This document shows positions 8,837-18,229 of a DNA stretch of 39,319 nt, in pieces (position 1 is the first letter of the stretch; each line of letters begins with the position of its first letter). The stretch covers positions 1 through 39,319 of IMG/VR virus record IMGVR_UViG_3300048819_000214; one strand, given 5' to 3'. The DNA comes from a virus. Its lineage: Duplodnaviria; Caudoviricetes. The notes under the pieces were generated by a model, which saw nothing but the letters and a program-made list of their open reading frames with translations, had not been told where the DNA came from and made no database searches. The translations under genes were made by a program, and so were the position numbers.

Positions 8837-10164
8837 CCTCTTCGTTTCATTTCATCTAGTACTTGTTGTCGTGCTTCTGGATTTAAAGTATTTAGTGCAA
8901 CATTAAAATCCTTTGCATCTTTATATTTGTAGTTAAGCATTGTTGTCGGATCATAGCCGCCGCGAACTTCTGAAATTTTCTGCGGAGTTAGATATTGCGA
9001 ATAATCCATGTTTTTATGAAGAATTGACGAAGTTTTCGGATCCCAGAAAGGCTTATCATTTATGTACTTTGTCCACAATACGTCAGACTGCGCGGGGGTT
9101 AATCCCAAATTCTGTGCTTTAAGATCGAATGATTGACGCTGAATATTCCTTGATTGTAATCCATTATCAAAAGCCATTGCATGACGAACTGTTTCAGGAT
9201 GGGCTTGACGTGTAACTTTCAAAGATTGACCAGCTTCTAATTGAGGCCCGGTCAAATTACCGTTACTTAATCCTTGAGTTAATGTTACAGCTCTATTTTT
9301 TATATACCGATCAAAATCTTGTGCTTCAGGAGAGATAATACCTAAAGCTGCTTTATAATCAGCAACTTTTCCGCCAAATAAAGGGCCGCGCTCATATGGA
9401 GATAATTTTTGATAAGACTGAAGAATATTATTATTTTGAACTATAGCATCACTAGCACTCTTGGAATCAATAGCATTTTTATCTTGGCGATCTTTCCATT
9501 GATTTACACTAGCTGTAGCTTCACCGGAAGCTGTGGCTTTAAGCGCCCCCTCCTGAGCTTCATTAACCGCGGGAGCATTGATACCCCCCGAACTTCCAGG
9601 AATATTCATTGTTTTTGCAATATTGTTTATTGTAGAAGAAGGAACCGGGCCTTGCCCCATTCCCGAATCTATTGTTGGGGCGGCCTGAGCAGGAGCAGGA
9701 GCAGGAGAATTATTATTTACCGATCCTGATGGCGATACTGACTGTGATTGATCGGGAGGGTTGATTGTCCCTTGTTGTACAGGGGCATTATTATTATTTC
9801 CATGAAATCCTAACCCGGACATAATATTATCCAATAGAGAAGGACGATTATTATAATTATTATTATAAGTCCGATTCATCCCATTAGTTAAACCATTGGA
9901 TGCAAAAGTAGCTAAATTTTTAATTTGATCTGGGGATATCACGCCACGCAAAGAGGGTGAGTTAAGTAATGTTGCAGCTATTTGAGCCGGTGTGAAATTC
10001 GCATAAGCATTTTTCGAATTAGCCTCTGCCTGTTTCAACCCTATACCAGCGCTTCGCTCTTGAGGCTTATAATAAGATTCAACAGCACTACTAAGGAACT
10101 CATTAACTGGATTAACACTTGTTGGCTTATCCCAAGGCGTTAATTGCATTTGTCCAATTGGCAT
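8827..10164 (-). CDS. DNA ejection protein, P22 gp20-like position
   Basis: Synteny; Asn/Pro/Gln low-complexity linker. Confidence 0.55.
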   Translation of the reverse strand: MPIGQMQLTPWDKPTSVNPVNEFLSSAVESYYKPQERSAGIGLKQAEANSKNAYANFTPAQIAATLLNSPSLRGVISPDQIKNLATFASNGLTNGMNRTYNNNYNNRPSLLDNIMSGLGFHGNNNNAPVQQGTINPPDQSQSVSPSGSVNNNSPAPAPAQAAPTIDSGMGQGPVPSSTINNIAKTMNIPGSSGGINAPAVNEAQEGALKATASGEATASVNQWKDRQDKNAIDSKSASDAIVQNNNILQSYQKLSPYERGPLFGGKVADYKAALGIISPEAQDFDRYIKNRAVTLTQGLSNGNLTGPQLEAGQSLKVTRQAHPETVRHAMAFDNGLQSRNIQRQSFDLKAQNLGLTPAQSDVLWTKYINDKPFWDPKTSSILHKNMDYSQYLTPQKISEVRGGYDPTTMLNYKYKDAKDFNVALNTLNPEARQQVLDEMKRRGWH

Positions 10165-10174
10165 AAATTAATCC

Positions 10175-10828
10175 CTATATAAACATTGCTGCGGTGCCGG
10201 CTAGACCAGCTAAATTACCCCACATGTCAGAGTTTGATTTAGTTTGGGCCTGGTTATATTGATTTTGCTGATTAGCACCTTGAGCGGCAAGATTAGCTTG
10301 GCTATAAAGCGCATTACCCACATTAGTACCCATATCGGTAGAAGCTTGAAAACCCTGATTATTGAATCCTTGTTCGCCTTGAATGCCGGACCCATAAATG
10401 CCCATAATATTTTTCATATAATTGCCATAATCTTGTTTTGCTAAACCTTCAGCTGTCCCTTGATTTTGAAATTGATGCTGATTTGATCCAGCCATACCAC
10501 CTGCAGCTGCGGCATTATCACCAGCCATTAGAGCTTGATGTAATTTAAATTGATAACCAGGAGATTGTTGATAACCCTGACCAAGACGATTATATAAACC
10601 CCCCGGGTCATTTGTCATTTCACCGTATTGGCCTTCTAATTGATCGCCAGCTTTTTTACCGCGGTCCATGTAAGGTTGGTAATAAGGACTAAGAGCACCT
10701 GGGATTTTATCTAGATAAGGACGAGCAGCATCAGCGGGATTTTTAAAATCTTCACCGCCTCCACCAAACATTGAAGCTAATCCAGCCCCACCCAATAAGC
10801 CTGCTGCATTTTGTTGCCAGTTAGCCAT
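10175..10828 (-). CDS. DNA transfer/pilot protein, P22 gp7-like
   Basis: Gly/Ala/Gln-rich, YQQSPGYQF...AAAAGGM motif, hydrophobic termini. Confidence 0.75.
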   Translation of the reverse strand: MANWQQNAAGLLGGAGLASMFGGGGEDFKNPADAARPYLDKIPGALSPYYQPYMDRGKKAGDQLEGQYGEMTNDPGGLYNRLGQGYQQSPGYQFKLHQALMAGDNAAAAGGMAGSNQHQFQNQGTAEGLAKQDYGNYMKNIMGIYGSGIQGEQGFNNQGFQASTDMGTNVGNALYSQANLAAQGANQQNQYNQAQTKSNSDMWGNLAGLAGTAAMFI

Positions 10829-10840
10829 AAATAATCCTTT

Positions 10841-11143
10841 TTAAACTACTGTTATCACATGAAAAGTAGGTATGCCACCACTAAGAATAGCAACCTTTAA
10901 TTGATTTGTCGTACTATCGTAAATCAAAGTTCCACCGGCTGTCGAAAATGATCCATTCTGCAATTGATTTGCTGCAATTACAGCAATATTTGCTGTCGGT
11001 TGACTTGGTGCAACTAAACCTTCTAATCCCGCATTAATTTGTAACGCATTTGTTAACTGATCAAAGTATAAGCGCCATGCTGGATCCATGTCTTTTAATT
11101 CATCGTTGATCAATTTCTCAACCGGAAGCGAAGGAATGTTTAT
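10841..11143 (-). CDS. Small tail protein after hub gene; probable ATA start at 11143 (track starts at TTG 11113)
   Basis: GGAG at 11156-11153, 9 nt before in-frame ATA AAC ATT CCT; in-frame TAA just upstream; no ATG before codon MDPAW. Confidence 0.6.
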   Translation of the reverse strand: MNIPSLPVEKLINDELKDMDPAWRLYFDQLTNALQINAGLEGLVAPSQPTANIAVIAANQLQNGSFSTAGGTLIYDSTTNQLKVAILSGGIPTFHVITVV

Positions 11144-11168
11144 GGCTAATTACTCCAAATTTTATTAT

Positions 11169-12746
11169 TTATTGATAAATTTCGAGAAGACCACTACCTA
11201 CTACGAAGCGTGAAAATCCCGTAAATCGTAACATAATCGTAAGATCATTCACTTGACCAAGTCGAAGGAATTGAAATCTAGATTTGCGAATTCCAGTCGG
11301 GTTCATATTTTGTCGCCACGAACTACCAAAAGTTACACCTCCATCTCTAGATACAGACAAATCAACAGCTTCGCTAGCTTGCTGTACAACAGATGTATTA
11401 AAAATTTGTGTACAAATTACTATTCCATCCTCTGTAGTAAGAAGAATGCCATTTTCAGTCGTTAATGCATCACCTACTACTGGATTATTAAAAAATGTTG
11501 TCGTAACAATATTGTTTGGTTGTCCTTGTTCAATAAGAAATGTTATTGATCGTCCAATAAACCAACGACTATTAGGCAAACGACTCGGCGGCATAATGAC
11601 AATTCTTGGCACTTCCATAATCTGAGTTGGCGAATATTCAAAGTTTGTAAACTGTGTGCCAAACTCATATAAATTTCCATCATTGAACGATACAAAATAA
11701 TAATTGTTATTAAAAAATACTACTCTTTTTGCAATATGATAATTTAGATTTTCATCTGAAATCGTAAAAAACTTTCCAGTATTAAAATCGTAAACATAGC
11801 TAAAATTATCAGTTGTGAATGTGATTTGATAAAGTTGATGGCCATCTTGCCGAAATAGAAAACCATATGAATCTTGAGGTGCGGTTAATTGCGATAATTT
11901 ATAATCAATACCATCTGTAGATATTTTTTTAATGTCAGCGCCAGTACTATACATAATAGCAGGGCCTGATTGTTCATTAGCTGCGAGCCATACAACAATA
12001 TTATCATTTTCTGCAATTGTATTTGCACTTAAACAACCATAATCTACATTGAAAGAATCTAATCTGACATAAGGGAAAATTGCATTTCCAACGTCATTCC
12101 ATGGCTCTGTTACCGTCTTTCCGAACAAAAATAAGAGGTTTCCGCGCCCCGGGAAGCGAATAGCACCTACAACTTTATCTGGTTTTGTTTGTAAAGTTCC
12201 AACATGTTGAGCATCATTTACAAAAGTTACATTATTTAATCCTGATAACCACCAGCTATTAGTTCCCAAACCAGCAACTACAAAACGTGAATTTTGGAAT
12301 GTAATATAACCTGGAAAAAATCCTAATTCTGCAGCTGTCTGAAATGTAAATCCAGGCGTTAAAGGACCATAATTATAAGTATAAAGATTTACGCCATCTG
12401 TAATAGCAATTTGATAATTATTGTTTTCGGAAATAAAAACATCACCATTATCTGTTGCTAATGTTCCTACCAATTCCAATGTTATTGCAGGACTAATTAC
12501 ATAAACAAAAGCGCCAACAATTGCTAGCATGATATTGCCATTTGAACTGCTATAAATATCTCGCCCCTTTAAACCTGGATGAAGAGCTAAGACATTTTTA
12601 TAAGCAGCGAAAGGCACTAAGAAGCTATCGGATTGAATGAAATTAAAAACTTCTTCACGGCTGATTTTATCATAACGAGCAAATTTTGTACTTGCATCAC
12701 CAACATTAAATGGCACACTTTTAATCTGTGCTTCGCTGCGTAACAT
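11169..12746 (-). CDS. Packaged-DNA stabilisation / tail hub protein, P22 gp10-like
   Basis: LFLFGKTVTEPW, FRQDGHQLYQITF...YVYDFNT and LSVSRDGGVTFG...RLG motifs; synteny. Confidence 0.85.
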   Translation of the reverse strand: MLRSEAQIKSVPFNVGDASTKFARYDKISREEVFNFIQSDSFLVPFAAYKNVLALHPGLKGRDIYSSSNGNIMLAIVGAFVYVISPAITLELVGTLATDNGDVFISENNNYQIAITDGVNLYTYNYGPLTPGFTFQTAAELGFFPGYITFQNSRFVVAGLGTNSWWLSGLNNVTFVNDAQHVGTLQTKPDKVVGAIRFPGRGNLLFLFGKTVTEPWNDVGNAIFPYVRLDSFNVDYGCLSANTIAENDNIVVWLAANEQSGPAIMYSTGADIKKISTDGIDYKLSQLTAPQDSYGFLFRQDGHQLYQITFTTDNFSYVYDFNTGKFFTISDENLNYHIAKRVVFFNNNYYFVSFNDGNLYEFGTQFTNFEYSPTQIMEVPRIVIMPPSRLPNSRWFIGRSITFLIEQGQPNNIVTTTFFNNPVVGDALTTENGILLTTEDGIVICTQIFNTSVVQQASEAVDLSVSRDGGVTFGSSWRQNMNPTGIRKSRFQFLRLGQVNDLTIMLRFTGFSRFVVGSGLLEIYQ

Positions 12747-12787
12747 GCTAAGCCCTCCTTAAAAGTGAGCTAAAATTATTGAATAAA

Positions 12788-13495
12788 TTAAAATGGCAAC
12801 CAACCTGGTGATAAATTGACCTGCGCCCACGTAACTCCCGGCTGATTTCTAGAAATTGAACTTGCTTTTTGCATAGTTAAATCTGGAGGTGAAACATCCA
12901 TCAATTTCTTTCGAATTTCTTTATATTTCATTGCGGCTTGTTCAGGAAAATTAACAGCCCATTCGGAACAAATATATTCTGCTAAAGCATAACGTAAATA
13001 TTCAATATAAAATAAATCATATACAGTACTTAAATCTGTTGTAGCTGTAACATCAGATAAGCCAAATTTCCCGGTATATTTAATATTGAGAATTTGACCT
13101 GGTGTGAAATACATATAAATTTCCATACCATTAAGCACACGCTCAGTGTGATAGCTAAATGGCAATGAATTCACATGCTCAATACGACCTGTACCAAAGA
13201 AATCTTTTCTTGAAACTTGTTTCATTGGAAACACAACATTCTGCAAATTGAATGTCAATGTTTCCAATGAAAGCATGTTTGGAATGAAATATTTCCACTC
13301 CCCAGCAATTGTATTGAAATTTCCAAATGTAAAATAAGGAATTAAGCGAACATCTGAACCTTTTACTTCTAATAAAGCATTTAGCAAATCTAAACCATCA
13401 GAAAATTGTGATCCGCTGACAGTTTGTAATTCACGACTTACTACTTGTGATAAGTAGTAAGATTTTGTTATTAGATTAGTAACTGAATAAGTCAT
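12788..13495 (-). CDS. Head-to-tail adaptor (gp4-like)
   Basis: DGLDLLNALL...YLRYALAEYICSEW motifs; lies between coat and hub genes. Confidence 0.75.
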   Translation of the reverse strand: MTYSVTNLITKSYYLSQVVSRELQTVSGSQFSDGLDLLNALLEVKGSDVRLIPYFTFGNFNTIAGEWKYFIPNMLSLETLTFNLQNVVFPMKQVSRKDFFGTGRIEHVNSLPFSYHTERVLNGMEIYMYFTPGQILNIKYTGKFGLSDVTATTDLSTVYDLFYIEYLRYALAEYICSEWAVNFPEQAAMKYKEIRKKLMDVSPPDLTMQKASSISRNQPGVTWAQVNLSPGWLPF

Positions 13496-13513
13496 ATTCG
13501 CTTATCCTTTTTT

Positions 13514-14377
13514 TTACAATGAATAGTAATAACCAGCAACACTGATTGCCACTGAATCAGTTCCACTCGATACAATGTAATTAACAACAGGTGATAACAC
13601 GGTTGCAATCGCAACTTGTTGAGACATTAAATAACTGTTTGTCACAATATGAACGCCAGCAACTTGTCCGATAACTTCGACTGGATAACCAGTACCATTA
13701 CCAGGTTGTAAACGAAGCGTATCACTTGCCGCTGCTGGATCGTAGTTTGAGTAAATCCAAACTGGGAGATTATTAATGTTTGGAACAGCATGAATTAAAT
13801 TCACAGGTGTTGCAACGACAGCTGCACCAGCGGTAATCGCTGTTGCTAAAGGCGCATCATAGAAGAATTGTCTTTCATTTTCGGGACCATACCAATAACC
13901 AGCTAAGAATACAGCAGACCCGGCGGCAGTTGTTGCTTGTCCGATCCAACGCCAAGTGCTGTAACCCGCTGGGAGCAAAGGAGCTGTGCGTGAAAGAGAA
14001 AGCAAACAAGCAGGTTGATTGTTACCGGTTTGATCAAAAATCACGTGAACATAATAAACGGTTGCTGCTGCAAAAGTTCCAGTATCAAGACCATTAACAC
14101 CATTTACTGCAGCATTAATAACAGTTGTGGTATTTGCTGCTGGAGAAGTTAATGCATTTTGAAAGCCATTAACTAATGATGTTCCGAGAATTTGTGAAGG
14201 AATTTCGCCAAACCAGTTACCAAGATTGATATCAAAAGTATTGGTTGTATCACGACAAAGACCTGGGCCAACATCTAATAAAGTGTTAGGGGTAACTGGA
14301 TCATTTGAAATAGCAAAGCCATTAATCGCTAAATAAGGCTGATTAGAAATTGGATCTGCGTTCGAAAATACTGTCAT
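13514..14377 (-). CDS. Putative head decoration / minor structural protein
   Basis: Immediately after the coat gene; beta-rich; GLDTG...YYVHVI...LPAGY motif typical of virion appendage proteins. Confidence 0.55.
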   Translation of the reverse strand: MTVFSNADPISNQPYLAINGFAISNDPVTPNTLLDVGPGLCRDTTNTFDINLGNWFGEIPSQILGTSLVNGFQNALTSPAANTTTVINAAVNGVNGLDTGTFAAATVYYVHVIFDQTGNNQPACLLSLSRTAPLLPAGYSTWRWIGQATTAAGSAVFLAGYWYGPENERQFFYDAPLATAITAGAAVVATPVNLIHAVPNINNLPVWIYSNYDPAAASDTLRLQPGNGTGYPVEVIGQVAGVHIVTNSYLMSQQVAIATVLSPVVNYIVSSGTDSVAISVAGYYYSL

Positions 14378-14398
14378 GTTTAAATCCTCAAAAAATTT

Positions 14399-14430
14399 GA
14401 AAAGTGAAGCGGCTATTATTCATAACCGCT
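14399..14430 (-). terminator. Putative intrinsic terminator/attenuator after coat gene
   Basis: AGCGGTTAT-GAATA-ATAGCCGCT stem followed by TCACTTTT on the minus strand. Confidence 0.55.
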
Positions 14431-14441
14431 CGACAAATTTC

Positions 14442-15809
14442 TTACAATGGGAATGCAATTTGCTCTGAATAACTTGGAACCAATAAAGCACCCCAAGTAC
14501 CATCAAAAGTAGAACCATATTGGTTCGCACCAAATGCAGCACCAGTTGTCATACGCACAGAAGCACCCGTTTCAGAATCCACAGAGTTACCAGTCGCAAA
14601 TGGAGCTTGGTCAGGCAATTGCGGCATAGCCAGATAGAATGCGCGACCATTTAAGATCAAACCGCATTTTCTGGAAGGTAGAGGCGTAAACTTCATACCC
14701 GCGACGATATTATTATTGATATTTTGCGTGCCATTCACTGGTGAAGATTGAAGACCACCACCTTGTTGAGCATTTTGACCAGCAACTAAATTAATAATAA
14801 CACTACCGGCGACTGATCCAGCATCAGCAATAGCTCGGAATTGAACTGGCTGAGAAGTTAAAAAGTTACCGATGGATGTTAAGGTTCTCAAATTAGGTTG
14901 ACCTGCAGTACCATCATTGAATTGAAACAACTCACCTGAACGAACTGCAGCGGCAGCCGTAGAACCTGTAGGTTCAGTAGCTGTGATTTGGGTGATATTT
15001 AAACCTGTTGGATCATTAGTACTAACGACTGTGAAAACATTGTTAGGTGCAGCTGCATCAGCAACAAAGCCTGAGATATGACTTGGTAATAAGTTAGATA
15101 CATAATATTTAACTTTCGGCGTACCAAAATCACCTAATTCCCAAGAGTTAGCGATTTCATTATTACGTTCAGGCGCAAATTGATTTAAACCCGAACCAAT
15201 GATTGCAGGAACAATTACGTTAGGTAAAACAACTTGCCAATCTTCAGTAGAACCAATTTCTTTTTTGTTTTCGATCATTTGAGCTAGTTGTTGATAGCTA
15301 TTGATCGGTGCGGATGCATTACCAAAAAATCTCGTTGGGCCAGATTCAGTATGCAATGCACCGGTAGGTACTGATTGACCTTGTGAATTAATTGTCATTA
15401 CAGGAGAAGCAGAAGCTACGTTTAATGCAACATTACTTTCAACTTTTGCACCGAATGTTCTAACCGCAGACTTACCGAATTCTTCCATATAAGAATCGAC
15501 ATCTTTATCTACGTTAAAGATTTTGTTTTGTGCGGTGAAGGCGTAAGAAACTACATATGCTTGATCGCAAGTAAGAGTTGCTAAGCGTTGGTTTGCAGGT
15601 CCGAAAATAGCAACTAAGCCGTTATTACCTGTCATGAAAGGAGGTAAATCAAATGTAACAGAAGAACCTAAGTTATATTGAATACCAGGGAAGTTTTTAA
15701 ATTTCTTGTTTGTAAGCTCGCCGACCATACAGTTTAAATTGTCTAGATAGCCAAGCATCGCTTTTTGATAAGTTTGGACCTGAATTAAAATATTATTTGG
15801 GATAGTCAT
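14442..15809 (-). CDS. Major capsid protein, P22 coat (gp5)-like
   Basis: 455 aa, follows scaffold; N-terminal NNIL...NLGSSVTFDLP and C-terminal AFYLAMPQLP...ETGASVRM motifs. Confidence 0.85.
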   Translation of the reverse strand: MTIPNNILIQVQTYQKAMLGYLDNLNCMVGELTNKKFKNFPGIQYNLGSSVTFDLPPFMTGNNGLVAIFGPANQRLATLTCDQAYVVSYAFTAQNKIFNVDKDVDSYMEEFGKSAVRTFGAKVESNVALNVASASPVMTINSQGQSVPTGALHTESGPTRFFGNASAPINSYQQLAQMIENKKEIGSTEDWQVVLPNVIVPAIIGSGLNQFAPERNNEIANSWELGDFGTPKVKYYVSNLLPSHISGFVADAAAPNNVFTVVSTNDPTGLNITQITATEPTGSTAAAAVRSGELFQFNDGTAGQPNLRTLTSIGNFLTSQPVQFRAIADAGSVAGSVIINLVAGQNAQQGGGLQSSPVNGTQNINNNIVAGMKFTPLPSRKCGLILNGRAFYLAMPQLPDQAPFATGNSVDSETGASVRMTTGAAFGANQYGSTFDGTWGALLVPSYSEQIAFPL

Positions 15810-15862
15810 TTATCTCTCCAAAATTGATTGAGGAGATACTGACGAAAGGATTTACCCTTTGA

Positions 15863-16612
15863 CTATCCGCGATATTTGTTTTTGAAGTCTCTCACGGAAG
15901 CTTTAACGCCAGTATCGCTGCCAACATTTGAGGGAGTGAGTAGACCTAATGGCTCTGATGCTTGCTTATCTTGAGCTAGAGCGGCTTGGTTTTGCGCTAT
16001 GGAATTACTTAATTCCGATAGAGCATCTTGAGCCATTCCGGGTTGAGTATGAGCTAGAGTAAGTAGATTTCCCATTTTCATGGGGTTATCCACCAATTCT
16101 TTCATAATGTCACCGGGGTTAGACGCGGCATCGATTAATTTTATAACCGGTCCCATGTGCGTCCAATCTAGTTTTTCAAGTTTAGCTTCTAAACCAGGAT
16201 ATTTAACTTCAGCGGCTTTCATCTTTTGAACAAAACCATCCGCTTGACGTTGCGTTGCTTGCTGCATAATGTGTTGTTGCATGTGCTGGGGTGCATGTTC
16301 AGCAATCATACGTTTCACATCTTCAGGAGACACTTGCGGCATGCCGCCAAGAGATTGATTTTGTTGTTGCATTGGCTGCTGTTGGGGAGGTTGTTGCGCC
16401 TGCTGAGCTTGTTGTGGCGCTTCTACTTGCTGTGCTTGCAACTCTTCCAAAGCCATGCGTTTTCCTTTCTCTAAGGCTTTCTGCCTTTCCCGTTTGACGA
16501 CATCTGCAACTTGATGTTTGTTGTAGATTGGTTTTTGATCGTCATCCGGCGACTCCTTTTCAGCTTCTGGCGCTTCTGGAATTGCAACTTGATCCATATC
16601 TGCCATTCTCAA
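15863..16612 (-). CDS. Scaffolding protein
   Basis: Acidic/Gln-rich helical protein directly upstream of coat; basic C-terminal helix. The start may be the second Met (16606). Confidence 0.8.
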   Translation of the reverse strand: MRMADMDQVAIPEAPEAEKESPDDDQKPIYNKHQVADVVKRERQKALEKGKRMALEELQAQQVEAPQQAQQAQQPPQQQPMQQQNQSLGGMPQVSPEDVKRMIAEHAPQHMQQHIMQQATQRQADGFVQKMKAAEVKYPGLEAKLEKLDWTHMGPVIKLIDAASNPGDIMKELVDNPMKMGNLLTLAHTQPGMAQDALSELSNSIAQNQAALAQDKQASEPLGLLTPSNVGSDTGVKASVRDFKNKYRG

Positions 16613-16709
16613 ACCTTCTGATTGACTGTTTTCGGGGTCGCCGTGATGACGTGCATTAACGCTGCAAGAATTCGGCTATTTTTATCGCATAGCTGCGTGA
16701 TTAATTATT

Positions 16710-16773
16710 ATTCTATATTGTAATATTTTATTGTCAATAGAGCTTTGTTAATTTTGATAAATGATGGTATATT
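16710..16773. promoter_or_regulatory. Back-to-back sigma70-like promoters
   Basis: Minus: TTGACA(16737-16732)-N16-TAGAAT towards scaffold. Plus: TTGTTA(16745)-N17-TATATT towards 16802. Confidence 0.55.
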
Positions 16774-16801
16774 GAATAATTAATAGATTTAGGCATATTT
16801 T

Positions 16802-16981
16802 ATGAAAATAAAGGTAGGAACATCCTTTGCTCGCAGACCAAATATAACATTAATTATTCCCGGTATTGGCCATATAATTAGCAAACCAGACACAGATAAT
16901 CGTCCTTTTGATATGATTGTCTTAGACAAGGATCAGCTGAAACAGCTTAAGCAAGAAATTGAGAGAGAATTAAATGAGTGA
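16802..16981 (+). CDS. 59-aa hypothetical protein (not in ORF track)
   Basis: MKIKVGTSFARRPNITLII...KQEIERELNE*, overlapping the next start. Confidence 0.55.
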   Translation: MKIKVGTSFARRPNITLIIPGIGHIISKPDTDNRPFDMIVLDKDQLKQLKQEIERELNE

Positions 16982-17201
16982 ATGGATTAGTGTTGATATT
17001 TTTTTACCCCCATTTCAAGAAGATGTTATAGCGTTATTTCATCTAAAGAATAAAAAAAATAATCTAAAAATAGCAATTGGCTATATGGAAACTGATGGAT
17101 GTTTTTATTATACGACAGGAAACATTGAAGATAATAATATTAATTGTGAGGTAATAGAAAATGTAACTCATTGGATGAGATTACCTGAAATCCCCATATA
17201 A
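16974..17201 (+). CDS. DUF551 (Eaa-like) protein
   Basis: MSEWISV..LP...VTHWMRLPEIP signature. Confidence 0.85.
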   Translation: MSEWISVDIFLPPFQEDVIALFHLKNKKNNLKIAIGYMETDGCFYYTTGNIEDNNINCEVIENVTHWMRLPEIPI

Positions 17202-17220
17202 AGCCCCAATTAAGGGGCTT
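17201..17220. terminator. Hairpin between convergent genes
   Basis: AAGCCCC-AATTAA-GGGGCTT. Confidence 0.6.
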
Positions 17221-17225
17221 AAATA

Positions 17226-17501
17226 TTACTTCTTCATCTTTTTATATTTATCATATGCTTTATCCATATCAGCGTTTTTCATCTCACCTTTCTTACCAGC
17301 TGGCTCTTTACCTAACTTTTTCCCCATATCCGCATTCTTCATTTCAGCAGGTTCTTTTCTCGGCATATTTTTCTTCAATGCTTTCATGCCATCCTTGCCT
17401 TCTTTTCCAGCTTTATTTTCAGATCTAGCTTTATACATCTTTTCCTTTGGATCACGTAATTCTCTATCTTTATCTTTTGGAGCCCTTTTTTCCATTTTCA
17501 T
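17226..17501 (-). CDS. Lys/Met-rich basic small protein
   Basis: GGAG RBS; KEPA and EMKNADM each occur twice. Confidence 0.7.
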   Translation of the reverse strand: MKMEKRAPKDKDRELRDPKEKMYKARSENKAGKEGKDGMKALKKNMPRKEPAEMKNADMGKKLGKEPAGKKGEMKNADMDKAYDKYKKMKK

Positions 17502-17513
17502 AGCTAAAATCTC

Positions 17514-17777
17514 CTAAAAAACAGCATCAAGTTCAGGTTCGGTTAATTCAGAATTTTTTTTATCTTTTTCATCTTCATACTCTGACACAATAGGTGGTGA
17601 AAAAATAGCTTCTCGGCCTCGCATAAAGCTATCATCAAGATATTGAATGCAAATTCTTACATTTTCTATGTTTGGAAGATTTAGCTTTAGTAAATAAAGT
17701 TTGAGATCCATAAAACGCTTACCAAATTCTTCTAATTGATTTAACTGCTCGGGTGTAACTTGATTCTCTTGCGTCAT
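17514..17777 (-). CDS. Hypothetical helical-hairpin protein, possible divergent paralogue of 17774..18019
   Basis: ICIQYLDDSFMRGREAI aligns by eye with LAQTNLEQCTMWATKAI. Confidence 0.5.
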   Translation of the reverse strand: MTQENQVTPEQLNQLEEFGKRFMDLKLYLLKLNLPNIENVRICIQYLDDSFMRGREAIFSPPIVSEYEDEKDKKNSELTEPELDAVF

Positions 17778-18019
17778 ACTGTTTTTACCCCTGAATTATT
17801 CATTTCATCATCCAATACAATAGCTTTGGTTGCCCACATTGTGCATTGCTCTAAATTAGTTTGTGCAAGAGACATTTCTCTACTTTTAACTTTTTCCAGA
17901 AGAAGTAAAAATTCTTCTGCTTGATCTATAATTGCTTCTATTAATATTTTTGCATCTTCTGTTAATGGCCGATAAACTTTTCTAAATGTATCTTTGCCTT
18001 TCATTCTTACTTGCTCCAA
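17774..18019 (-). CDS. Acb2/Tad1-like hairpin-domain protein (candidate nucleotide-signal sponge)
   Basis: YRPLTE...SREMSLAQTNLEQCTMWATKAI motif. Confidence 0.7.
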   Translation of the reverse strand: MEQVRMKGKDTFRKVYRPLTEDAKILIEAIIDQAEEFLLLLEKVKSREMSLAQTNLEQCTMWATKAIVLDDEMNNSGVKTV

Positions 18020-18229
18020 TTATGATTTATTACGATCGAAAAGTTCTTGGACTAATTCGCGCTGTTCAGTGCGATTTCTATGTCCCCATGTGTGGTCATC
18101 GGTTTGAGCATGAATAGCATTCAAAACATCTTGTTTAGTATGACCGTCAGCTATTAATCTTGTTATACCACCAGGAATCTCTAAATCTTTTTGAGATATT
18201 TTATATTTAGACATTTTCTTCTCCTTCAT
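18020..18229 (-). CDS. Hypothetical protein
   Basis: Overlaps the portal stop; likely start MSKYK. Confidence 0.6.
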   Translation of the reverse strand: MKEKKMSKYKISQKDLEIPGGITRLIADGHTKQDVLNAIHAQTDDHTWGHRNRTEQRELVQELFDRNKS

